A stretch of DNA of 64,000 bases, taken from Balanoglossus misakiensis. Lineage: Eukaryota; Animalia; Hemichordata. A model generated the notes under the pieces. It did no database searches and was not told the origin of the DNA. It was given only the letters and a program-made list of their open reading frames with translations. The position numbers were made by a program, and so were the translations under genes. Location: assembly GCA_040954595.2 (NCBI GenBank), contig CM082596.2, positions 1,765,854 to 1,829,853 on the forward strand, in the 5' to 3' direction. Of this stretch, positions 50,401 to 64,000 are shown piece after piece; the first letter of the stretch is position 1, and each line of letters begins with the position of its first letter.

Positions 50401-52713
50401 AGTCTGGATGTCGGAGACACGTCTGTGGAGTAAAACAAAAATTGACATGCTTCATTTAATTCATTAATACTGATCATTTGAAAGCTTACAATTTTATTTC
50501 TTATCTCTTGTCTTAATAACTATGTGGCCTTACAGAGGAGTACGACTCGAAGCATTGTCATTTACACATGGATGCATGTATGGACAGATGGCTGGATGGA
50601 CAAATAGCATACCATTTCAATCAAAAAAGTCATTAGTTCTAATGAAGTATAAAAAAACTATCTCTACTTGTATAATAAGTGACAGTGTGTTTAGCTAATT
50701 CTACTGCTGGGTATTGGACAAGGCAGTTTCCCGATTGAAGTGTACACCGAGTGTGACGTTTTAAAGTGACTCACTTTACATGATGTTAGTAACATCATGG
50801 TGGATTTCTCCAACACTGCTCTAGCTGCTCCCATTTTGGCCCTGAGTTTCTCATCTTTCAGATCCTGCAAAAAATAATGATAATCTTTAGATAAACCATC
50901 ATCTGTTCATGCTTTCCCCAGTACAGTTACAGACCACACCACCTTAGGCACTAATTTCTCCCTGTCAAGACTCAATTGAATATTTTTTAATGAAAACCAC
51001 TCCAATCAATTGATTTTACTGCACGACAAGAATACTGGGCAAAGTGACAAACTTTTAGTTTTGTCTTTTCAGCTGCAGCTACAGAGATTGGAATCTCAGC
51101 TGCACACACTTACAGAACAAGTACATCTAAGGAGCTCACACAAAACGATTCTATCATGTTGACAGTGTTCTTGCCAAGGGCAAATATCTGTGTTCCTATA
51201 CAGCTTGGTATCAGTGTCTGACTGATAATTCATTTCAGTGATTTCAATTGGCCGACTAGCCCTCAGGTTACGAACTCCTTCAAATCTGATACCAATCTCT
51301 GCCCAGTGTGTGACAACTTTATCCCCCAAATTAACGCTAGTGTTGAAGTATTGCCAGAAGGCAGAGACAGTCTGCAAACTGAAATGAACTGATACCATCC
51401 CTCCACCAGAGGGCGTCCTGCAAAACCTACACGTATTCTTGTAAGATGTTCACAATGACATGGTTCAACGGATACATGAATTTATACTCACGTTTTGTCG
51501 ATCTCCTGTGAGGTGTGCTAACTCCACCATTTCACTTCCAAACTGACTAAACGCTTGAACAAAATCTGTAAAATTACTGACTGACTCCAACTTATTGAGA
51601 CTAGCAGACACCTGTGGAATCAAGAGATACTTATTACTGTTAGCTGTAAAGTAAAGTACTAGTAATATCCCTTTAAATACACATTCCACGTACTGCGAAT
51701 TCAAACAAGATTTCAGGTACATGATGTAATAGAGGGGTCATGAAGTCTCCAAACACTGTGTAATTATTTCAATACATTTCACTGTTTCACGTCATATTCA
51801 CGCAATATCCACATTTCATCAATTTAACAATAATTCTGACTTGTGAAGTGTGCATGTGCAACTCAACAGAGGTATGTGTCGTTAAACCACTACATCAATT
51901 TTGAACTATGTCAACAAATTACTCAATCTGTGGTCAAGAGAAGCATGGCTCAAAGAATAGCACTGTAATTGTAATCACAATATCGTGCCACAATTTGAAG
52001 GCATTCTAATCTCACATATGGCACCCACTATCCTCACACACACAAAAATCAACTTACCTTATCTTTTGCTTTGAGTAATTGTTTAACTACAACTCTATCA
52101 GCTAACAGTAATACTCTGGTCACAGCTGATAACAATCCCCTGGCTGCCCGAACCATCGAGCTTTTCTCTGTGTAATTGAGGGCTTGCCCACTTTCGTCGT
52201 ACTGAACATCCGTTAATTTTGCAATATTTTGACCTGAAAATGGAACAAGCCTTTTTATGTAACTCCTTGCAACAGTGTCATTAAACTTCAGTCAAAGGAC
52301 TTTCCTAAACTGGCCTTTATTGACAGGTGGCCTTTATAGACAGGTCAACTGCACAGGGACTGTAACAATGTGGCCACTATACAGAGGTGACCACTATATA
52401 GAGGTGACCACTATACAGAGATGACCACTATACAGAGGAGGCCACTATATAGAGGTGACCGCTATATAGAGGTGACCACTAACACAGGTTTGACTGTATT
52501 CAAAACATAATCCTCACCAGCCGTTCTTGCTTCCCTGCAAGCATCCAGCATTTCATCTTTGATGTCATTGTTGTCATTGTCAACAGCGATAGCTTCCCCA
52601 ACCCGGACAAATCTCTCCACGGCGATGTTGACAGCTTGTCCAACATCCACGACCGCTTTCGTTGCTTTTTCCGACTTCTTGGCCTTCTCTTTGTGGTTGA
52701 CTAGCGTTGTTAT
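44431..52713 (-). CDS. CTNNAL1: Alpha-catulin (alpha-catenin-like, vinculin family); canonical first coding exon not found in window
   Basis: Exons 52713-52518 (ITTLVNH...VGQAVNIAVERFVRVGEAIA), 52233-52058 (VRAARGLLSAVTRVLLLADRVVVKQ), 51611-51492, 50864-50775, 50422-50252 (CLRHPDCESA), 50119-49916 (DFTDSAYTSHEHREKIL), 49232-49146, 48972-48814, 48691-48599, 48512-48362, 48174-48137, 45935-45879, 45668-45465 (FTRGEGPLKTTQDLF), 45214-45035, 44870-44787, 44625-44431(stop). Confidence 0.93.
51403..51415 (+). promoter_or_regulatory. CTCF-like motif in alpha-catulin intron
   Basis: CCACCAGAGGGCG matches the CTCF core consensus CCASYAGRKGGCR. Confidence 0.45.
52310..52498. mobile_element. Partial Tc1/mariner-pogo-type non-autonomous element with a 17-bp internal minisatellite
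   Basis: About 6 tandem copies of GAGGTGACCACTATA(T/C)A, ending in ACAGGTTTGACTG-TA (reverse complement TA-CAGTCAAACCTGT, a typical CAGT terminus with TA target); the left TIR is not clearly preserved. Confidence 0.65.
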
Positions 52714-55700
52714 CTGTAATTAGCAAGACACTTTCATTAGCTTGAAGTTCAAAAGTCAGAGTTAATGAAATCACACAAAGGAACTGCTTCTCTTATTCAT
52801 TAACAAGTATCCTGACCACGCCTTCATAACTTGAATGGCTTTTGTCTGATATACTTTTAGAAAATATATGAAGTATGGGCTACATTGATCTAACAAATGC
52901 AACATGTTCAAATTGAAAAAAAGTATAAAGATTGAAACAAAATGCCACAGACTGAAACTGCTGTTTGACAGAAACCACCTTTGGATGGGCTTACTGGCAA
53001 TTCTTAAGCAATCCATCTTTTATCTGTCAATCAAGCACTCGTTTGTGTATTTTACTCCTCGACACTCATTAGCGGTTGATAAAACCTGAAAAACTGTAAC
53101 CATGGCAATATCTGAATGAGCGGCAACAACAAGGGAACTGTCGATGAAAAGGGACGGATTTCTGAGCATTTGCGGCGTTCTCAGCAATTTCTGATGAGAG
53201 GTGGAATATTTACAAAGGAAAGTCTAGTGAAATTTTGGGTGAATGGGTGATTGAGCGAGAATAAATACTGCTCCAGGGGAAAAACGTGATCAATGAGTAA
53301 AACGGGCAAATATAATTCATCAGAATGCAAGGCCCGCTAGTCGGCATCGGTACTACAGTAACAACGCTGACAGAACCTCGGTTTGCCAACATTTGAAAAT
53401 GACAGAGTTGTATGTCAGAGCAAACGCAGCCAGGCGCCAGACAGTTTATATGACTGGACTTGGTGGAAAGTAAAGATGCAGTATAAAACAGGCAGCTAAC
53501 TTTTCATCAGTAAAAGTCAGGCTGATTCCTTTGAGACAAATTATTCTTTCGTATTTTACATGTTAACTGCAGAGAATATGATAATAGATGAAAATGATAA
53601 CTGAGAGAAGAGAGCAAGGATCATAATGTTTATATTGAATATTCACACATCAAATTATGGATAATGACTTTTGAACTGAAACACGATCAGGAGGAATGTT
53701 TTACAGCGCATGGCAACTGTGTCATTTTTGTTAAAAGTCAAAACAGATACCATCTCATTGAATACAGTCCAACTCTTTAGCAATTTACTTTTACCGTACT
53801 CTCTTGAGATTTACTTATAGTTTATTCAAGATTGTGCATGAATGTTTAACATCCACTAAAGTGATGTCAAAGTGTTAGACTTTCTTTACAAGATCAATTC
53901 TGTGCAGAGCTGACCTTTTTCTTGAAATTGCAAATCGCTCAGGTCAGGAATCTGAATTGAAAGTTAAGAGCTGATGACAAAACCCTTTGTGAAGAGTCTG
54001 GAAAATTAAAAGCTCATGTAAATCTTTGATTAAGGTGGCCTTCAACAAATCAAACTTCAACACGTTTGAATTTGCAAATTCTGTAAAACAGGTCATTTTT
54101 TCCCATTTCACCTTGGAAAGGAAGGAGATCTTGCGATGAGTCATTCACTGAAGCTGCGTCTCAAATGAGAAAACACAAGGTTTCTTTGAAGATTTCGCTT
54201 ACTAGCCATGAATCACATGTGCACCGTGGATGTCGATAAACTTCTGAGTCACAGCTCACATGCATAATCTAGAAAGAGCAAAGTTGCCGCTACACATGCA
54301 CAGTACGGAAAATCAGAAATTCCTGAAGTAACTGTTTTCAGATTTTCCAAGAAATAATCAAGGAAGACAGATCTTCATGTTGACAGGAGTTACTTTCTTG
54401 GAAACTCCTTACGACAGTGGCGGTGTCTAAGATGAAAATTTCACATGTATATGCAGGAAAAAATAACCCGCAGGGTTAGAAACACAAAAACTACATTAAA
54501 GTAATGAAGTCATAAATTTTCCATAAATAAGACATCAGAACTTCTTCGAAGACAAATTGTATTTAATTATTCTGCTTATATTAGGAAGTGGCATTAACAA
54601 GGAACAGTGTCCCTGACTGTAAATTATCACTCTTGTTTAGCATCAACCGAAAAGTCCTTGCCATCGACTGAATACATCGATACATACACACACACGTTTC
54701 ATATTTATGGATCAATAACGTGATAAAAGAATCTTCATCATTGCAGTCTTATCACCGACTATCCCCCTGAGGTCATTCTCTCCATCATTCATAACTTATC
54801 CTCTATGCCATCCACCTGCAGAGTTTGACAGAACACAATGAATTTTCATGAAGCGATATGTTGATACGGATAGTTTTACAGCGGTGCGCTGAAGCTCAGA
54901 ATGCTTTATCATCCAGTGTCTGGTGCAGAGATATGAATAATCGATGTGCGGTTTTTCAGTTGCGTACAAATGATAAATTGAAGATGCAATCTTCAAGTGA
55001 CCTTCTGCACTGTTTCTTGTGTAATGGGTGTTTTTCTCACGAATGCTAAATAATACTGAGATATTAAAAGGTGCCTTTCTGTGCCCAGTGTCCATTGTTT
55101 CATTAACAAACAATCCTCAACTTATAAACACATTCTGAGTGAAAGTCGTGTGATGTTAAGATGATTTCACACAATTTAGAATGAATCGATCAGACTCACA
55201 TTATGAGGAACACAGAGCTAGCAGCTGTGTCTGTTTGTGTTTATGGTACATGTATGTGTATGGGATAAATGTATGCATAAAATTCTATAAAATATAAAAT
55301 AAGAAGCTATCAGGGTCTGAGCGTAAACTTCTGCATCTAGTTTTGTTTGTCTCTGATCGGTTCCCTTCCTGTACCCTGGATAAGGTTATCAAAATGTCAC
55401 TGAAACAATTATCCAGCCATCGCCCACTTTACGCCAAGATTGAACCAGCAACATATGAAAGTCAACAATACAAAGCATTTCCTATGAATAACAGGGAGCA
55501 TCAATATCAATAAATCATTTAATGAACTTTTAATTAAACACCTATCTATTCGAATAACCCTCGTACAAAGTCCACACTTGTGACAGAATTAAGTTTACAC
55601 TGAAACTAACGATACAATGAATCTTTTCTATCAGGGTAATTAATTTTGTTTTCCCCTTTCTCGTACATAATACACTGGATATAAATATTTTTTAATAACC

Positions 55701-58700
55701 TAATTGATTTTCCCCCTGTAGATTAGTAAATTGCACTGTGTTTTCCTTAGTGGTGAGTTTTTCTTGGCAAGAAAGATATGGTCATCACTGTAATCACTTA
55801 TTTATGACAAGTGCAGTAAATTGATATTTTTTGCCCTTTAAAATGAGGGTTCATTTCTTGATATTTATCCAACGGTAATTTGATATCGCGCATTGAAAAT
55901 GAAAAAAAGGAAGAAAGCAAGTCAATGTCAATGATACAGTCCCCACTGAGTCGAGAGATTATGAAATCAACGAAGAAAATCATGGTTGAATAAAGGTTAA
56001 TACTGTGGTAGTCAACTATAAAACGTTCGGTTAAAAAATATAAAAGACTCTGAACCCAGAATTCTGAAACAATGATCTATAAATTATGAACCATGACTGA
56101 ATCCGTTTTCTAAGAAATCAGGCAAAGTCTGCTGATCTTGTTTCCAGGGGCAGTGTTTCAGTTGTATCTGTCATGGTGCAGGTACCATTGCCAGTCGATC
56201 GCTTCCCATTGTGCCTCAGCATATCAAATCTAAACTAAATATTGCCTCCACAAAAAAACCCAGATAAAGCCATACATATTAGAAATCAGAATCGTGACAA
56301 CTCAGAAATGACAGTAATTATCCTGTCCAATTCACTAAATGGAAGAAATATGCTGCGGCAATGTTTAAAAGTCAGTTCAATTCAAACCATCCATTTATTT
56401 TTCTCAATTCCAGTCAGTCCACTTTGCATGATATGACATACACATGTAGATTGTCATAATTCTTTTGATGTTCAAATATCAGAGAGAATTGAATTTTGTC
56501 TGCACATAGTCAGACTGTCCATTTTCATTAAAGGTGAATTCAAATGCCAATCCGAATATATCTCTTTTATGAATTCAGTTATTATATTCTTCTGTCCCTA
56601 TAAATCTCATTTCACTTTCAGTTCCTCATCTACAGAAATTGCCAACTGGTATTTATAGCAGAATTTCTTATAATTTCTAAATATGATTCAGTCATTGTCT
56701 GTAATTTTCATCCGGGAGACACGATGTCCAGTTGCTGATTAAGTTCACAAAACTTTTCTTCCTGTTTCTGTTTCAAGTCTGGTTACCATAGTGATTCATT
56801 TAATGTAGCTATAGTGATTAATCTATTAATCCATGTGTACTTTGCGCTACTTATCCAAAGATAATCTTTATAATTGAGTTGCTGATAGGTATCTGGCAAT
56901 CATTGAATAGTAAGATTGGGATCAGAGACATCTGCTGATGGGTTGGCGACATGGCTATCTATAACGAACTGAGACAGTTAAAATGATGAGGTAATCAAAG
57001 GCAGAACACCACTGTGATATCTATAGACTATCTCACACTGAAATTACAATTATTATTATTAGGTGATTGTGGAAATGATGGTCAAATGGCATGAATCCAA
57101 GTCACACATGCTGAGAATTCCAACTGGCTTCGACAATAATGTCGATTTTTCTGGTATATGACTGTAGACTAATGAAAGTTGCTGCTAAATCTTTTGAATT
57201 CTAAGATACTAGTATGTATTTGAATTTCAATGGCTGACATAATGAAAACACTAATAACATTCTTTCTACGTCAGAAATATTATGTTTTTTTCCCCAAGTG
57301 AAAAAAGCAGAAGCTTGATTACAAGAGATACATACATGTACATTGATTTCCGAAAGGTTTTCAGGAAATGAAATTGATTAGAGACAGACAATACTACATG
57401 CTTATTGATTTCGGTGATTTTCACCCAACACTCCCAAATAAGCTGATGAGCTGTACATTCTTAGAGTGGCTTTCTCCTCATTTCTCTTCAATTACTACTC
57501 AGTCGAATAAGATCTTTCATATCGATGCAAATATACCAAGACTGAATTGTGTTCGCATGACAACACCCTTAACAAATCACAGAAACCACTCCGTTACATC
57601 AACACTTTTAATGTCATGGCATTCAAAAACAGATGAGTGTGACAATTTCCTCAGTGTGAGCTGGTTGCAATATTGATGATCCGATCTATCAGTGAGATGA
57701 GGAAATGAAAGATGCCATTTGAATGTATCCATGGCAGTCACTTTCAATTCTGGGCATGATAGTTTTGCTTCCAAGACTCAATTGGACTGCACAATGTTGA
57801 ATTAAAATGATAACATATTAAACACACATTTTAGAAAAAGAGTAATACTTGATCTGACATCCACAAATGTCCCTATTGATCAGTGAATCTATGAACTGGA
57901 TTTTCAAGCATTTTCATTTTGAACAAATATGACCACATGGGGAAAATACCAGTTAATAACTGCCTTATCTGTTGAATTTATGAATGTTTGACTGACACAG
58001 CTGCATCAATATGTCATTAATTTCCCAACGAAGACACTTGACAACACTTCTAACTGTCTTGTCACTTTCCACTCCCTGGTGACTTGAATGAAAGCAAGGT
58101 TCACCGCAGCTCAGCTGGTTCACAATTAGAATGAAGAATTAATAACGTCTTGCAAGATAATTCTAAGATTTCAGAACATGCTGGTTTTGCATGACCCTTA
58201 AAACAGTGTAGTTTGAGGCTTCTCCCCAGGCACATCGGCTCTGCATGAGGCAAGACTATCAGACAATAATCTTTCAGAAATCTTGCCTTTCTCTCCCATG
58301 AGGAGACTGAAATTGAGGTAGGATTACAGTAATACTGGACAGCAGACAAATGTGCCCCTTCAGAACAGACAGGCAAAAATCATCGTGTTTGTTAATTAAA
58401 GGCCACAATGGGCTCCAATTCTTCATATTATTTTCATATTTCTTAAAACTAAAATTATGTACAAGCAGTAAAGGGTATACAAGTATTATTATCTACCGTA
58501 CTTTCATGTATTGACCTGAGCACCTGAGCTTTGTTTTTTTAGAAATAATCCTTGATAGAAATTGCACAACTTCAAGACTTCCAAATAGGGAAACGAATAA
58601 ATAATATTCTCATGAATTTAAACTAGAAACTTCAACCAAGACATTCTGGCGATCACGTTGCTTAATCTTCCCAATTACCTCCTTTTCGCAAACTGTCTTG

Positions 58701-61700
58701 CCAGAGAAATACCGCCGTAATTTCATACCCTTGCACACTGGGACGCCACCTGCTCTCCGGCAGAATTTCCATCATTTTCGTATGAATTGACAATTTATCA
58801 ATTTTCCGCTCCAGAGGAATCCTTGAGAGTTGGGTGATGGCAAGGGTACAGATACACGTGTGTGCGAAGGGAGCAAACTTTCTTGCATATAAAACACTTC
58901 ATCTCGGACAATCGCTCCAGTTGACTGATTTTCAGGGAAGTTCACATCTTCCCTGGAGACGCCTGACAACCTGCACCGGCAAACTTGTCTTTGTCAAAAT
59001 GATTTAACTGAGCCATAGCTTTGTTTCGCTCTTGAGCTTACTCGTACATGTAATTACAGGTACATGTAGATACAGAAAGTAGCAAGTACCACACATTATA
59101 TGTATTCAGTTGTCAAAAAAACGACAATTAAGAATTTGAAAATGCGAGGCTAGACAGGGATTTGAGGTTCGTGGTAGTGTCGCACTAGTCGCTAAGAGTG
59201 ATTCTCGTCAGCGTAGAGCTGTCTCCCAGCGCTGATTGCATCAATTTGTATTTGGAGAGGGAGTCACCACCTTTCACACGTTTGCACAGCGTTAATCATT
59301 TCAGAAGCAGAAAATGATGAATCGTGAACAGTGGATGAGAATATAATGACAGGAATCCTTCACATAAATGCCATTACTTCAGAAACTGGATATAGCTGTC
59401 TAATTGGATCAGACACATTTCAAGAGGAATGCCAAAAGTACTTAGTGGCGGTACTTCAGACAAAAAAAAACACATCTTCAGATTATCATATTTCTGCTGA
59501 TGACGTGACTTCACATACACATCTCCGGTGTGATGCTGACACCAGTTACATCACATATTTCTCTCACAATTTACCTGTCTATGTGAACATTTAGGAAAGA
59601 CTGTGATGTGAAGTTCACAGACTGAACCAGAAATCATGAGAGTTCCTACACAGTGAATTCAGAAACCAGAGCAGATCCATACATGGATCTCTGTTTTCTT
59701 AATTTGTCATATATAAACCCTCCCTCAAATTAATATTCCTGACAAATTCACAAACAACTTTACAGAGTCTCAGTCTGTATTTTTTCCAAGCATAAGAAAC
59801 TGAGTTTTTATGTCAGTCGTATATGTCCAACTGGCGACACACTGACACTAACAGAAAAACTTAATTATATCCCCTTTAACTTTTATGGTCTTCCAGTTAA
59901 GATCCAGCACGACTGTTTGCGTTTACGAGCAAAATTATTGATGTTACAGCTATAACTACATTTGTGGCTTTTAAAATTTATTTTACAGGTCATGCCCATG
60001 GCAGACCAACAATATACTGAATGACGAAAGCAATTTACTTAATGTAGTAGGCACCTCAGATTCTTAATCTTGAGATACACTGCTCAAGTACATATACTGC
60101 CTTGTTCCAATATTGGTAATAGTTCTGCAAATTAAGTTAGCGTGGAAAAACACCTCCTAAGAGGAAGTGTAAATGATCCATCTGACCTCGTCCTTCAAGT
60201 TTGTTGAATTATGACCTTGTACACGTGGTTTAATCAGATGGTCAGGGCAGGCATGCGGTGTCAATTTGTTGATCAGCTTCTGCCACAGAGGTTACACATG
60301 TCAAGAGCACATTGCCCATCAAGCGGCCATGATAGATCCATGTTTCCTGTACCGTTCATTAAAATTTAATCAATTTATCTGCAAAAAGTCCTTCTTTGTA
60401 AAAAACATGCTGCGACTTCACCATACTTTTTCTATATTCAAAGAAGACATTTTTTTCTGTTGAGATATCACCCTTATTCCAGGTAGGCGACTTGTTCGTC
60501 AAAGCTTCTACATTGTCCACGATCGTCACATAAAACTCTATCATTTCTCACGTTCCATCACCGCAGGGTTCAACATGTGTAGTTTCGAGTATCAACTTAC
60601 ATTCAGTCATTACACTTATTATTCTCAATTTCAAATAATTTCTTTGACGCTAAAGCATTTCAGAAGCTGTCGGCCTTTCACATGTTCAAAACAGCATATC
60701 TATCAACTTACACTACTCTGACTCGCAATTATAATTTTTCAGATGAAAGACCTCACCATTAATACAAAATGAATTCTTTATATATTATTTAGTGTTCACT
60801 ATGCCGGAAAACTGATTAACCTCTGAACCGTACAAGATTGGTTTAATCAACATAAAATTTAGTAAGGCCTATAATAAATACCACCTCCAAACATTTAATC
60901 AAGTTAATGCATTTTTCTTTGCCACTTTCACAGGGCATATTTCTAGGCAGTTCTTGAAATGCACACGCAAACACAGTGGTATTGAGATGCACGAGGAATT
61001 CAATTCTAAACACACATTATAACATACATGAGAGAGCCAGGAAAAGATACTCTGACATTCTCGGTACAAAGACCCAAGTACAAGTATGCGGTAATGACTG
61101 GGAACCCCTGCCAATGTACACCAATTACACACTAACACAGCCGGCCAACACCGGATTCCATCTAGACGAGAAGACAGTCTCCACATATTCACTGCACGGA
61201 AATTGCATCACACTCAGAATCTAAACGAAGAAAACATATTGCACAAATAGAATTCACAGGGCCGCCGGTTAAACACTTCAAATGAAACTCAGCTTGTGAC
61301 AGAGACATGTACGTTTGGCAAGCCTATCATCAGGGGACATGCATTTTCCTTTGGCTTTTCATACCCTTCCGGACAGGACTCGTTCCCTGGTAACAGTTGC
61401 CTAGGGACAGCAATGCCTGGCAAACAGATCTCGCATTCAAAAGTCAGTTTAAATGCACTGTAATAGCAATTATAATCTCCTTCAATTACACATCCATTTT
61501 GGCCAAAAGTTTATCACCAGTAGAAAATTATTATAACTCAGGTTCTTCTTGTGTCAGTCTCACCAGAATGCAAAACTTGGAAATGTGACTGTGAGGTTGG
61601 TCACATCTGAAAGAGGTCATTGCGTTCATATCAGAGGAGGCTGACAGAAATGGGTGATAGTACATCTTTGTGTTGAAAGGTCAGTTATTACAAATGTACT

Positions 61701-62022
61701 TTTTAAGTGCTGTTTTGATTTAGCAGTATCACAGATCTGTATCGGGCACTAAGTGGTTGCGTTAAGATAAATGCGTTTGGAAGTCATGTAAAACACTGAC
61801 TGAAAAAAAAACATGTTTCAATCGTTCTATACAAGTACACTGTAAACCCTGTATTCAACAACATCTCTCATATTCATAAGAACACAGAGAAGAACCACTG
61901 GGGCTTCCAGGAATCTTCTTGTGATGTTCGGGTCCTTCAGAGCTTCTTAATGCTCTGTTTAGATGGGTTAGATGAGTAATCGGCTGATCGGCTCAACAAC
62001 TTCCTACTTTTCCTCAGCTTAC

Positions 62023-62034
62023 AGGCTCCGCCAT
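62023..62034 (-). CDS. Candidate alternative first coding mini-exon (MAEP) of alpha-catulin
   Basis: Minus strand CAGA ATG GCG GAG CCT|GTAAGC: good Kozak context, strong donor, phase 0 matching the acceptor before 52713. Confidence 0.35.
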
Positions 62035-64000
62035 TCTGTTTCATTCAGTTAAAAATGTAACATAATAGCGACTGCATCTTCAGAAGTTCTTCTGAAATCC
62101 TATTAGAATGCTATTTTATCTGCACACAAAGTTGATCTGCAGTATAATCACGTAATCTTATTATTTCACAAACTTTCAGCTCATGCTTCTTATTGCCATG
62201 ATTTTCTTCAGTACACTGAAAAATAATTTCCTGTGCGTGATTTGTGTACTTTTTCTGCTTCAGGCGACTTTGTCCGTGTTGCTTTCATGCTAATAAGGAA
62301 ATAAATTTCTTTTCACTGGTTTAATAGTTCAGATGAAAGCAAAATTAAGGGGTAATACAGAGTACATGTATAATATTCCAAGATAAACAACAGCCTCTAA
62401 AATATGAATAGGTTTATTCCTTGTAAATTGAGAACTCAGTTTTAACGTAGCAACGGTTTTAAGGTAGCAATGCCCTTTTGCGTAGTGATCTTTCAAGGTC
62501 ACCCACTACATGTAGAAAACGTGGAAGCCCAACATGGTGAAACGATTTCAGACAACTCATTAAATTTAATCTGAAAACTTCATCAATATATCCATGCACA
62601 ATCTTCACTCAACTTGCTTTCAGATAGATGGTTGTAAGGTTTCTTAAAGATTGCAAGAAAAACTGCAATGATATGAAAGGTATTGAGGTCACAATGCATC
62701 AGCCTGGTTGATCAAAAACGTTGAAACTTGAGGCTTGAAGCACGCTTCCTTCATTGAGTCCGGACAATAACACTGAATGAGGACAACTTCAATCTTGATC
62801 ACATTTATATACACACACCCAAATGAGCACATGTGGTTTGTATATAATCAACAACATGCTGAGCTGGCACCCTTTATTGTTGAAGTTTGGCTGTGTAGTG
62901 TTTTGATTATACCATGTGTCTCAGCAGCATGTGGGTTAACCATTGCACACTTCAACAGATGGTCACTATAGCCGTGACCTTTCATGCTGGGTGAAGGTCA
63001 GATTCCATCTTTTGACTGCCGGAATCTCCAGGACACAAAACCTGCCCTGCAGTTCGACCCCCCCCCCCCCTCCCCCTCAATTCAAAAGTTGTTTTTATTC
63101 ACTATGTAAAGTCTGGACTCAAGGGACTAAAATTTTACCTTATCAGACTCTTTAAATGAAAACACTTCTGACAACTAACCTGCAAATATTGCCATGAGGG
63201 AGATTTTTTAATGGCTAGAAAATAATCAAAAGCATTAATCTGACAGTTCCTTTAAATAATTGGCAGCACACATCCCGAGAATTGAACGAAATGGCACATA
63301 CATCTTGATATGATAAAAATATTGGATATAAGCCAAGACATGGTGTTTCTATGAGCAGACACAGGGAAACATGTCGATCCAGGCTTAAAATGCTTTTAAT
63401 CTTCAATTATTGTGTTTCTATTAATTGACCTAAATTCAGTCAGTGATAATGACCCACTTCTCATCCAACATGTAATCCAGAGGCCTGACCTGAATCCAGG
63501 CTAGCACAAGGGATCATTTTCAGAGAATTTATGTATGTTTTCAGGGCATACGTATACAGTTTGTTTGATACATGACGTAAACATGGGTCTTCATATAATG
63601 GTTGACTTGATAATAAACAACCACCCAAGTATGGAGTATATTTGTAGTTCTGCATTTGGTCTTCAAAGCCCCTTGATGGCCAGGGGCAGGGTTCTGCTCA
63701 ATTGAGCGTACAGTCCATACGAGGAGAACAGTTTGACAGCTTCAATTGTGGGTTTTAAAGTGAAATTGTTGTCAGGGATAAACTGTCCTTCAGAAAAGTT
63801 CAACTGAGATGGAAATTTAGACAATCTTGTTTGTTTCCTTAGGCCTATCACCACCATGGTATGATCCAACTCCACTGTTCTCACATTGACAGGGCTAAAC
63901 CTCTATCTGACTTTAATAGTGCAATAACCACTTAATGTAATTTGATTTCCATTTCTTTTTATCCACTGGTTCCGATTTCCTAGACTGCAAAATATCAATA

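Noticed and set aside
52372-52480. Regular 17-bp repeats as a CRISPR array
   Set aside because: Head-to-tail units with no unique spacers, no cas genes, located in a eukaryotic intron; ends in a transposon-like terminus.
52714-64000. Short ORFs (60-105 aa) in the large alpha-catulin upstream intron
   Set aside because: No recognisable domains, no consistent splice chains, and composition typical of non-coding DNA.

Overview
AT-rich eukaryotic (animal) genomic DNA with GT-AG introns; gene content and repeat style suggest a marine invertebrate, possibly a non-vertebrate deuterostome (inference only). Seven protein-coding genes can be reconstructed by hand: (1) + 3' part of a MyRIP/melanophilin-like Rab effector with a 3.2-kb exon and candidate alternative C-termini; (2) - an intronless-CDS, bacterial-style three-domain multicopper-oxidase-fold protein that has lost 7 of its 11 canonical His/Cys copper ligands and has a signal peptide, a ~260-aa repeat insert ending in a furin site and a hydrophobic (GPI/TM-like) tail; (3) + an adhesion GPCR whose GPS reads HL-A instead of HL-T/S; (4) - a GDAP1-like GST-fold gene without a tail anchor; (5) - MRPL10; (6) + hyccin/FAM126, head-to-head with MRPL10; (7) - alpha-catulin, followed by >11 kb of presumed intron. 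Non-coding features: a GC-rich ~93-nt hairpin with G-U pairs between genes 1 and 2, several MITE-like relics, microsatellites, and many TA-CATG-TA / TA-CCGG-TA octamers that look like transposon footprints. The copper-less MCO is the strongest candidate for an undescribed system. All exon coordinates and homologies were read by eye; no searches were run.
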